Positions 43,956 to 51,648 of a stretch of DNA of 64,000 nt are shown here, in pieces. Positions within the stretch are counted from its first letter, which is position 1; every line of letters starts with the position of its first letter. The stretch is taken from NCBI GenBank assembly GCA_965208325.1, contig OZ242326.1:2847363-2911362 (forward strand). Direction: 5' to 3'. The translations under genes were made by a program, and so were the position numbers. Below the pieces are notes generated by a model. It did not search any database and was not told the origin of the DNA. It was given only the letters and a program-made list of their open reading frames with translations. Source of the stretch: Candidatus Poribacteria bacterium (GTDB lineage: Bacteria; Poribacteria; WGA-4E; PCPOR2b).

Positions 43956-46082
43956 TTAATCGGGCAGAATCCTGGAGCAGGGCAGCTGGATGTGGATTGT
44001 CATCCCTTTTCCATGTCCGCCGCTTGATGCGCTAATCTTGCCTCCGATTGCAATCACGAAATTAGCGCTCGAATGCAGCCCCAGTCCCGTGCCCTTCTGT
44101 TTGGTGGTATAACCTGGCGTAAAGATTGTCCTGGATTGGTCGGGGTCTATCCCTATCCCGTTGTCGGTAAAATCGATGCGCAAGGAATCCGCATCACTGT
44201 GCGCTCGAATTCGGATAAAGGGCATCTCGTTCAATTCCCCCAATTTCGCGAGCTCATCGATGGCTTCAATCGAGTTCTTGACCATATTGACTATCATCTG
44301 ATGAAACTGGCTCTCCTGTATCCGAATCTCATCGATCGCTCCTTCACAGTCTATCTCAATCTCTATGCCGCGCTTTTCGATAGAGTGCTGCAATACATTG
44401 ATAGCCGATGAAAGTGCTTCGGCAAGATGGATATCTTTGCGGTTATCGCGGGCGTCGCCATGCGACTTCTGCGTCCGGATGATGTCCACGATATGATTGG
44501 TACGGTTCCGAATACGCTCGACCCTCCGCTTCAAGTCGGCGTCAACCTCGTGCAAGTCGGTTGCCAACCCCTTAATGAAGGGTAAAACTTTTAGGCCTTG
44601 CGGGTGATTGGTGACATACTCACCCAAATCTTCTCGATGCGCTTCGAGTGCGTTGGCGAGGGCAGTGAGCCGGGTTGAAAGTTTGTCGCTGGCAAGCATT
44701 TCGTAGACGGTATCAGTGCCGACTGCGACACTGTTGATGGCATTGCCGATATTGTGCAAGATGGTATCGACGACCTCCAACCGCCCCTGTGCGAACGCTT
44801 GATTCAAATGTTCGGCGGCACGCACTTTATCCGTTACGTCGTGGAAAACAACGACTCCTCCTTGTTGTTCACCGCTGTCGTCCCGCAGCGGTCTTCCGCT
44901 GACGTTGAGATATGCGCCCTCAGGTATAGAGGGATTTTGCACAAATATTTCGACGTTATTTGTTGATTCACCGCGGATGGCGCGGGTCAGCGGAAGCTCA
45001 TCGGTCGGGAACGGCGTTTCCTTGTCCATATAATACATCCCGTATTTTTGCGTCCAGTCGTTGATGGGGACTTCAAGCTGCGGTCCGCCAGCTATCTGTT
45101 CGGCCCGCGGATTGAACATGGTCAAATTGCCGTTTTTATCGGCAACGACTATGCCGTCACTGATGTTGTTAAAGACCGATTCCAGGAGTTGAGTTTGGCG
45201 TTCAAGTTCAGCGATCGAGTTTTTCAGCCGTTCCTCGGTCTGCTTGAGTTGCGTGATGTCGCGTATTACGGCAACTGCGCTTACCACATGTCCCTTCTTG
45301 TTCAATATGGGGCGTGCGCTGATACTCACGTGGATGCCTTCCGGCTGTGTCTCATTCCGCAACAACATCTCAATGTTATCGGTGTTTTCCCCCAGTAACG
45401 CCAACGCAAGCGGAAGTTTGTTTACGGGGAACTCCGACTCCCCGTCCGGTTGAAACAGACCAATCTGCCGAGGCGCATCCTTGGTATGTTTGCCGCGCAG
45501 TTTCTTTGCCCCCATCTCGTCAGCTCGTTTGTTGAAGAACACATATTTTCCGTAATCGTCTGCGACAATCACGCCGTCGCTGATGCTGTTGAAAACGGTA
45601 TCTAACAACCTTGACTGCCTTTGCTGGTTAGCCCTCGATTCATCGAGTTGGGCTTGTATGGTTTTCAACTCGGTGATGTCGCGCAACACAATCACTCCTC
45701 CAATCAGTTCACCCGAAGAATCGTGCAACGGCCGCCCACTCACGTTGATAAAAACGCCGTCAGGTCTCTGCTCATTGCGAATGAACAGTTCGATGTTGTT
45801 TGTAACCTCGCCGTGCATGGCTCGCATCAATGGAAGATTCTCGTTGGGAACGGGTGTCATCTTATCGGGATAGAATGTGCCGTAAATTTCACTCCATTCG
45901 TGTGGAGAATCTTCGGTCGGCCCCATGCCGACAATGCCGACCGCGGTCGGATTGGCAAGCCAAAATTCACCCGCCGTGCTGGTCGCGACAACTCCCTCAC
46001 TGAGGCTATCGAAAATGGTTTGCATCTGTTCTAGCTGCTCTCGCAGTTGCTTGTTTTCAGCTTCTAATTCCGTGATAGTCAT
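43956..46082 (-). CDS. Cytoplasmic sensor histidine kinase with three PAS domains (PAS-PAS-PAS-HisKA-HATPase_c)
   Basis: Three homologous PAS repeats (IYG.FYPDKMTP...NVSGRPL.D..G...GGV.V..DIT); H-box (NIGNAINSV) then G1/G2 ATPase motifs (DNGIGIDP, GTGLGLHSS); no TM segment; no adjacent response regulator. Confidence 0.85.
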   Translation of the reverse strand: MTITELEAENKQLREQLEQMQTIFDSLSEGVVATSTAGEFWLANPTAVGIVGMGPTEDSPHEWSEIYGTFYPDKMTPVPNENLPLMRAMHGEVTNNIELFIRNEQRPDGVFINVSGRPLHDSSGELIGGVIVLRDITELKTIQAQLDESRANQQRQSRLLDTVFNSISDGVIVADDYGKYVFFNKRADEMGAKKLRGKHTKDAPRQIGLFQPDGESEFPVNKLPLALALLGENTDNIEMLLRNETQPEGIHVSISARPILNKKGHVVSAVAVIRDITQLKQTEERLKNSIAELERQTQLLESVFNNISDGIVVADKNGNLTMFNPRAEQIAGGPQLEVPINDWTQKYGMYYMDKETPFPTDELPLTRAIRGESTNNVEIFVQNPSIPEGAYLNVSGRPLRDDSGEQQGGVVVFHDVTDKVRAAEHLNQAFAQGRLEVVDTILHNIGNAINSVAVGTDTVYEMLASDKLSTRLTALANALEAHREDLGEYVTNHPQGLKVLPFIKGLATDLHEVDADLKRRVERIRNRTNHIVDIIRTQKSHGDARDNRKDIHLAEALSSAINVLQHSIEKRGIEIEIDCEGAIDEIRIQESQFHQMIVNMVKNSIEAIDELAKLGELNEMPFIRIRAHSDADSLRIDFTDNGIGIDPDQSRTIFTPGYTTKQKGTGLGLHSSANFVIAIGGKISASSGGHGKGMTIHIQLPCSRILPD

Positions 46083-46091
46083 TTTAGCGCG

Positions 46092-46532
46092 TTAGCTCCT
46101 CCCAATCAGGTTGAAATCATACACCTGTTGAACCAGCCCTAAAACATAGTCGAGGTTCTCGACCGACTTCAATTTTACAACGGTCCAACCGAAATCCTTT
46201 TTCTCGTATATTTCATGGGGATCCGTGATGTTGTCGAAAGGCATTTTTAAGTAAAAGGTCACGTGTTTCAGGTGTTGGTAGACTGATAAAAACTGTGTTC
46301 TCATCAACTTCGGAGCTTTGAAACCGACACTACCATCCGATTTTCGGTTAAACGCCTCAACCCCATCCAAGTCCAAAACACGCTGCATTAGCCGTTGGAA
46401 AAGAGCGTCCATGTCTGTTGGGGTCGGCGGCGTGTGCTCCTTGAGCCGTAACTGCTCCAGTTCGGTTCGCATCTCTTGGAGACCGCTTAACACTGAGTAT
46501 TTCCTCCTTTGGCACGACAGACATTTCAACAT
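46092..46532 (-). CDS. Hypothetical protein, probably co-transcribed with the histidine kinase
   Basis: 10-nt gap to the downstream kinase gene; no confident domain assignment. Confidence 0.35.
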   Translation of the reverse strand: MLKCLSCQRRKYSVLSGLQEMRTELEQLRLKEHTPPTPTDMDALFQRLMQRVLDLDGVEAFNRKSDGSVGFKAPKLMRTQFLSVYQHLKHVTFYLKMPFDNITDPHEIYEKKDFGWTVVKLKSVENLDYVLGLVQQVYDFNLIGRS

Positions 46533-46756
46533 CGGTGATAGCGCCTAGTGCGTCCGTCTTGGGAATAATTTGCTAGGGTCGCATATCCAATACTGCCGAA
46601 AAGCAACGTGTCTGCTCATTATCCAATTTGTTGTAGTCATTTCGGTTCATATTTACACAGAGAGGAAACGACTGATTGATAATCGAGGTTAGGAATCCTC
46701 TCCCACAAACCAATAATAAAAGCATAATTTTTAGTCGTAATGACTGTAAATTCAAA

Positions 46757-46894
46757 GTGAGCAATGCGTAAAATCTAATGCGTAATGCGTAATGAGTAAT
46801 GCGTAATGCGTAATGAGTAATGAGTAATGAGTAATGAGTAATGCGTAAAATGTAATACGTAAAATGTAATGCATAGAGGGTAATGCGGTAAGCG
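46757..46894. repeat. Heptanucleotide tandem repeat (GTAATGM)n, about 18 units
   Basis: gcaatgc gtaaaat ctaatgc gtaatgc gtaatga gtaatgc gtaatgc gtaatga gtaatga gtaatga gtaatga gtaatgc gtaaaat gtaatac gtaaaat gtaatgc ... ; shorter arrays of the same unit at 54364-54398, 56288-56323, 57185-57234, 60252-60284 and 61938-61970. Confidence 0.9.
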
Positions 46895-46923
46895 GCTCGA
46901 TTGCGTTAGAAAATGAATTTAGA

Positions 46924-46959
46924 AAGAAACCGTGTTTTGAAGAAAAAACTCGGTTTCTC
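46924..46959 (-). terminator. Intrinsic terminator hairpin immediately after the stop of the 46963-49716 gene
   Basis: On the minus strand, AGAAACCGAGTTTT-TTCTTC-AAAACACGGTTTCT followed by a T-rich tract; near-identical copies at 51611 and 57822. Confidence 0.7.
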
Positions 46960-46962
46960 TTG

Positions 46963-49716
46963 CTACTTCATAATCAGCATCTTCCGGCTGGCTGAAAAGT
47001 CCGGGGTATGCAATTTGTAGAAGTAAACACCAGAAGCAACCCGCTCACCCATGTTGTTACGCCCGTCCCAATACGCGGCGCGCGCCCGGCTATTATAAAA
47101 TCCCGCTGATTGAAAACCGATCGACAGCGTGCGAACCAAATTACCCGTTGTATCGTATATGGATATGGATACAGGACTGTCTTCCGTGAGTTGATATGGA
47201 ATCCACGTCTCCGGGTTGAACGGATTCGGGTAGTTCTGCAACAACTGAGTCTGCTTCGGTTGACCGATGGTATCCAGCCTGACAGACAATACTGCGTTTT
47301 CCAAGTGTTCAGGGGCCACTTTGAATCTCAGGGTTGGCGATTCAATATTTCCATCCAGACCAATGACGCGCACTTCAATCACGTCTCCGGCTTCGACAAC
47401 GCTCCGCCGCAACAAGTCTGCGGTCGCAGCGGCAAAGTAATCACCTTGCACCGGCGCGGTTATGATCTTGTTTGTTCTCAGGTTGAGGACGACAACTTGA
47501 TAGCCGTCAAATGACTGTACACCTTCCAAATGCCCACTCACAACGAACGCCCACGCGTTTTGAGCAACCCCCCTGTCCCCCCTTATCAAGGGGGTAATGG
47601 TGGGTGCCGCCGCGGCAGGCTCTGTTTGGCTAGTCCACGGCGCTCCGACGAAGGCGAAATTGCGGGTTTCCGGGACATTGACGATATAACCGCCGCCGCC
47701 TTCGATTGGAAAACCGTCGTTCGGCGCGCCCGGCGTCCACGCCACGAAACGCTGGTTCGGCGCATCGATCGTGATGACGGTTGTCGCTCCTGTCAGCCCG
47801 GCAAGCGACTTGGCGCTCATCGGGGTTGACGGCGCCAACGGCACGGAAATCATGTTCAATCCTTTCGGCAGCGTGACGTTGTAGGCGTTACTGAAATACT
47901 CACTCACTTCTTCGGCAACCGGTCTGGCGATAAACCCGTGTCGGCGTCCATCCGCCGAGTCATAGTGGCCGACGACAGAGCCGTCTTGATTGATATTCCA
48001 ACCCTCCGTGCCAACACTGCCGGGAACCTGCAATTCGTGCGGCTCCCCGAATCTGCCGACGTATGTGCGCGGGACATCACCCACTTGTTTGGCTCGACCA
48101 ACGATAATCCCTACATCGTTGATACCGTGCATAAAAATGTACTCGAAATCCGCGGCTGCTAAGATGTCGGCAAAACCAAATCTGCCATCCGGAGCACGCG
48201 CGTATGCCTGATATGTGCCGTCACTGTCCACATAGCTGCCCACAACGGCACCTGACGCACTCACAAAGTCGGCATAAGTTTCCACTGCTCCGGGGACTTC
48301 AACGATGGTTTCCCCGGAAAAGCCTCGCCGCACGCCGGCAGCGTCGATAAAATTGCCCGTCAGTGCCCCGGTCGCATCGGAAATACCGTATATCTCCGTT
48401 TGGACCGCATCCGGAAAATCATATTGCCGCAGTTTGCCATTTTTCAAGACGACACCGTGGTAAAGCCCCTGGTTGTCCTCGTAATGTCCGGCGGCAGTCC
48501 CATCGTTACCGAGCGCATAGAAATAAGTGTTCTTGGAATCAGGAAAATCATGCCTCGTAAAAACGCCATCAATCAGCGTAAAGGCGACTATTTTTTCACC
48601 ATCGGCAGACCGCGTGTAGCCGGCGTAATCCTCAAAATCGCTGCTCGCCGTCAACGCTAAAAATTCAACACCGGGAACATCAATACTCTCAAAAGTATAA
48701 GTGTAGTTGAGGATGTCAGGCGGTACAACGGGCCGATCGCCGCCCGTTGCAGCAGTCCTAGCGATAAACCCGTGTCTGCGCCCATCCGCCGAGTCATAGT
48801 ATCCGACGACAGAACCATCCTGATTGATATTCCAGCCGTCTGTGATAACACTGTCCGGTACCCGCAATTCATGCAGCCCGCCGAATCTGCCGACGTATGT
48901 GCGCGGGATGTCACCCACCTGTTTGGCGCGAACCACTGCAACGCCTAAATCGTTGACGCCGTATGGATACAGATACTCCAAATTCGATACGTCGAGAGCG
49001 TCGGCAAATATAAACCTGCCATCAGGGGCACGCACGTATGCCTGATATACACCGTCACTGTCTACGTAACTGCCTACCACGGCGCCCGATGCGGTCGAAA
49101 AAAAGGCATGAGTTTCCGCTGCTCCGGGGACTTCAACGACGGTATCCCCGGAGAAACCGCGGCGAACACCGGCATCGTCGATAAAATTGCCGGTCAGCAC
49201 CCCGGTCGCGTCAGAAATACCGTATATCTCCGTTTGGACGGCATCCGAAAAATCGTATCGCCGAAGCTCGCCATTTTCCAAGACGACACCGTGATACAGA
49301 CCATCGCTATCTTGGTAGTGTCCCGCGGCTGTCCCGTCATTACCCAACGCATAGAAGTGAGTTTTCTGCGAGCCGGGGAAATCATGGCGCATAAAAACAT
49401 CGTCAATGAGCGTAAAGCCGACCTCTCTTTCGCCATCGTCACTTTTCGTATATCCGGCGTAATCCTCAAAGTCGCTGCTCGCTGTCAGCGCCAAAAAGCC
49501 CACACCCGGAACATCAATAGTTTCAAAAGTATAGTTGGCGCCGGCGGATGCGCCTCCGGATTCATTGTTCGTTTGTGCGGCGGAATCCCATGGGAAAAAG
49601 GATTTGAGGCACATATACAACGTAAATATGTAAAACAAAAAATTCGGTTTTGTCTGAGTAATCGACATTAAAAACTCCTTTGTTGTATTGACTAAAGACG
49701 GCGGTTGGGTGTTCAT
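46963..49716 (-). CDS. Secreted HAF-like extracellular-repeat protein with a T9SS C-terminal sorting domain (paralog A); the probable start is the internal Met MSITQTK
   Basis: Internally duplicated roughly 300-aa modules with a recurring G..N..G.VVG.Y.DS.G..HGF pattern (HAF-repeat-like); C-terminal NYPNPFNPETWIPYQL...YFYKLHT...MLIMK. Confidence 0.7.
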   Translation of the reverse strand: MNTQPPSLVNTTKEFLMSITQTKPNFLFYIFTLYMCLKSFFPWDSAAQTNNESGGASAGANYTFETIDVPGVGFLALTASSDFEDYAGYTKSDDGEREVGFTLIDDVFMRHDFPGSQKTHFYALGNDGTAAGHYQDSDGLYHGVVLENGELRRYDFSDAVQTEIYGISDATGVLTGNFIDDAGVRRGFSGDTVVEVPGAAETHAFFSTASGAVVGSYVDSDGVYQAYVRAPDGRFIFADALDVSNLEYLYPYGVNDLGVAVVRAKQVGDIPRTYVGRFGGLHELRVPDSVITDGWNINQDGSVVGYYDSADGRRHGFIARTAATGGDRPVVPPDILNYTYTFESIDVPGVEFLALTASSDFEDYAGYTRSADGEKIVAFTLIDGVFTRHDFPDSKNTYFYALGNDGTAAGHYEDNQGLYHGVVLKNGKLRQYDFPDAVQTEIYGISDATGALTGNFIDAAGVRRGFSGETIVEVPGAVETYADFVSASGAVVGSYVDSDGTYQAYARAPDGRFGFADILAAADFEYIFMHGINDVGIIVGRAKQVGDVPRTYVGRFGEPHELQVPGSVGTEGWNINQDGSVVGHYDSADGRRHGFIARPVAEEVSEYFSNAYNVTLPKGLNMISVPLAPSTPMSAKSLAGLTGATTVITIDAPNQRFVAWTPGAPNDGFPIEGGGGYIVNVPETRNFAFVGAPWTSQTEPAAAAPTITPLIRGDRGVAQNAWAFVVSGHLEGVQSFDGYQVVVLNLRTNKIITAPVQGDYFAAATADLLRRSVVEAGDVIEVRVIGLDGNIESPTLRFKVAPEHLENAVLSVRLDTIGQPKQTQLLQNYPNPFNPETWIPYQLTEDSPVSISIYDTTGNLVRTLSIGFQSAGFYNSRARAAYWDGRNNMGERVASGVYFYKLHTPDFSASRKMLIMK

Positions 49717-49929
49717 GTAAATTGTCTGAATCAGGATTTACAGGATTTAAGTTTATGTGGGTTGGGTTATGCGGTTTAGACAACGCTTTGAGCGACGCCG
49801 CTATTCGACGAGGTTGAGTTGATTTGATGCGTTAGCCTTTATTATCAGAAAGGCGGTGCCTTATATCTGGCTCAAAGCCAATGCAATTACACTGCATTAC
49901 CCCCAACCTAATTGTAAAGATATCTAATA

Positions 49930-50703
49930 TTAGATTTTTGATCGGTTATCATTTATGGGTTTCCATGTAAGTGAAACGGTGACGGTCAACCGGGTTACGT
50001 CGTCAAACTGCATGGCTTTTGTCCCGGCAATGTCTTGACCCCGAAAGGTTTCGGTCTTGCCGACAAAGTCGTCCGAAAAAGGAAATCCAACTCCGCCCGG
50101 TTCCGGGCAAGGCAATGAATCATCCTCAATAACGACAAGATATATCACCTTATCCTGCAGATCGTCGTATGTTAAATAACCGCCGTCGGACTTATTGAAA
50201 AAGGCGCCCACGGAGTAGAGCCTGTCCGACCCGTCTACATGTTCTAATCCGTTAATTTGACCGGAGCACGCAATAAAGTTATCTGCGCGGTCATAAATGT
50301 GAACCTCAATTTCAAGCCGACCGAATTCATACTCGTTCGTAACCGCAATTTCCGTGATGGTGACACGATCGGGCACACGTGAAACGAAAGGCCCGCCGGA
50401 ACCTAACGATTCTTCTAAGGGCGTAAACCTATTGTCAACGTCATCTCTGAACGTAAAAATCTGATCTTCAATCGCCATACGCGATTTGAAAATAGCGCCT
50501 TCAACGTCTCTCCGCAGGTCGGACTGTTCGCCACGCAACGTGGAAATTTCGTCTGCAAGATTGGGCCGCTCGTCTCTTAAAGAGTTTATTTCGGATTGGA
50601 AATCTTCGCGCAAAATATCAAGATCTTCTCGATCAACTTCAGCGCATCCAATCACAAGAAGAACTAAAATCATCACAATCGAATGCGTGTAACTTAGCTT
50701 CAT
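49930..50703 (-). CDS. Hypothetical lipoprotein with an N-terminal coiled-coil region
   Basis: The start is assigned to the internal Met giving the signal peptide MKLSYTHSIVMILVLLVIGCAEV (a lipobox); the upstream part of the ORF is probably not translated. Confidence 0.4.
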   Translation of the reverse strand: MKLSYTHSIVMILVLLVIGCAEVDREDLDILREDFQSEINSLRDERPNLADEISTLRGEQSDLRRDVEGAIFKSRMAIEDQIFTFRDDVDNRFTPLEESLGSGGPFVSRVPDRVTITEIAVTNEYEFGRLEIEVHIYDRADNFIACSGQINGLEHVDGSDRLYSVGAFFNKSDGGYLTYDDLQDKVIYLVVIEDDSLPCPEPGGVGFPFSDDFVGKTETFRGQDIAGTKAMQFDDVTRLTVTVSLTWKPINDNRSKI

Positions 50704-50905
50704 ATAGAACCCTCCATAGTTAGGACATGTTGGCATTTGAGTGAAAGGCTGATTTAATGCACCGACCGCTTCACAAACGCCAAGCATCCCCATCGTTCCT
50801 CCCATCCCCGACATTCTTCCTCAATTGGTTCCCTCATTACAAATTTGAAAGAGTCGGTAAATCCTTCAATTCCAATCGTTCAATGGCTTCAAGCCGGGTT
50901 GGGTT

Positions 50906-51412
50906 TTATTTCTTTTTGAAGACTATGGTACTACCATCATCGCTGTTCAGTGTGAGCGTATTCCCTTTTCTCGTCCAGGTGCCGGTGTCTTCGTCCGTAG
51001 GACCGACTGGTTCTACTTCTTCTTTAAATATACCGGTGCCTTCTACTGCTATAGGTGTAAGTGTATAATTGGAGTCAGATAGGGAGTAAGTGCCTGTCAT
51101 TTTCATTGAACCTTGCCCTGAAAGTTCCAAGCCTTCCTCTTCCACTTCAAACTTCACAGCGATTTCCGCTTCCACCGTTCCATTCTTATCAAACATCCAG
51201 TTATTGGCGACAATGGAAACATTTCCTCCTTCTTCGCCAAATTCTTCCACGAACAACCGGTCAAAACTCTGACCATCAATGGTTTCCCATGCCCAAGTTC
51301 CGACCCATTCATTATCATCCTCATCACTACCACAGCCGATGGATACAATAATCAGAACTACGTAAAGGCTAACTAACCACAAATACCAGCGGGGTATTAC
51401 GTGTTGAAACAT
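50906..51412 (-). CDS. Lipocalin-like lipoprotein
   Basis: Lipobox VSIGCGSDEDD, then NEWVGTWAWETIDGQSF (a GxW motif); similar to 19858-20442 and 25855-26400. Confidence 0.45.
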   Translation of the reverse strand: MFQHVIPRWYLWLVSLYVVLIIVSIGCGSDEDDNEWVGTWAWETIDGQSFDRLFVEEFGEEGGNVSIVANNWMFDKNGTVEAEIAVKFEVEEEGLELSGQGSMKMTGTYSLSDSNYTLTPIAVEGTGIFKEEVEPVGPTDEDTGTWTRKGNTLTLNSDDGSTIVFKKK

Positions 51413-51610
51413 CCTTTGAATCTCCCTTTTAGATTAAATGTTAGATTTTTGAACAAGTTTCGTAGGTTGGGCGTAGCGGTGTTGACGATAAACACTTCAA
51501 TGCGCCGCGTGCTTTACCTGGTTTGATTGCGTTAGAAAATGTGATTGATGGAGCGTAAACCAACCGACAAAAATCGAAGTTGAATCGGGAGGGGCTTCCG
51601 AAATTCAGAA

Positions 51611-51644
51611 AGAAACCGAGTTTTGAAGAAAAAACTCGGTTTCT
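51611..51644 (-). terminator. Intrinsic terminator hairpin after the 51649-54417 gene
   Basis: Perfect 14-bp stem AGAAACCGAGTTTT/AAAACTCGGTTTCT with a 6-nt loop, and a T-tract on the transcribed strand. Confidence 0.75.
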
Positions 51645-51648
51645 CTTG

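Noticed and set aside
43830-44027. 65-aa plus-strand ORF upstream of the histidine kinase
   Set aside because: It overlaps the kinase 3' end on the opposite strand and covers a transposase-like fragment encoded on the minus strand. It is not a credible gene.
46573-46764. 63-aa ORF (MLTLNLQSLRLKIM...)
   Set aside because: It lies entirely inside a MITE-like repeat copy. A similar artefactual reading frame extends the 56641-57138 ORF. It is a repeat read-through, not a gene.
47570-47600. G5...C5 inverted repeat inside the HAF paralog CDS (also at 52270-52300)
   Set aside because: It is in frame within the coding sequence (it encodes PLIRGDRG) and is conserved as protein sequence. It is probably not an independent RNA element, and the RGD motif is likely coincidental.
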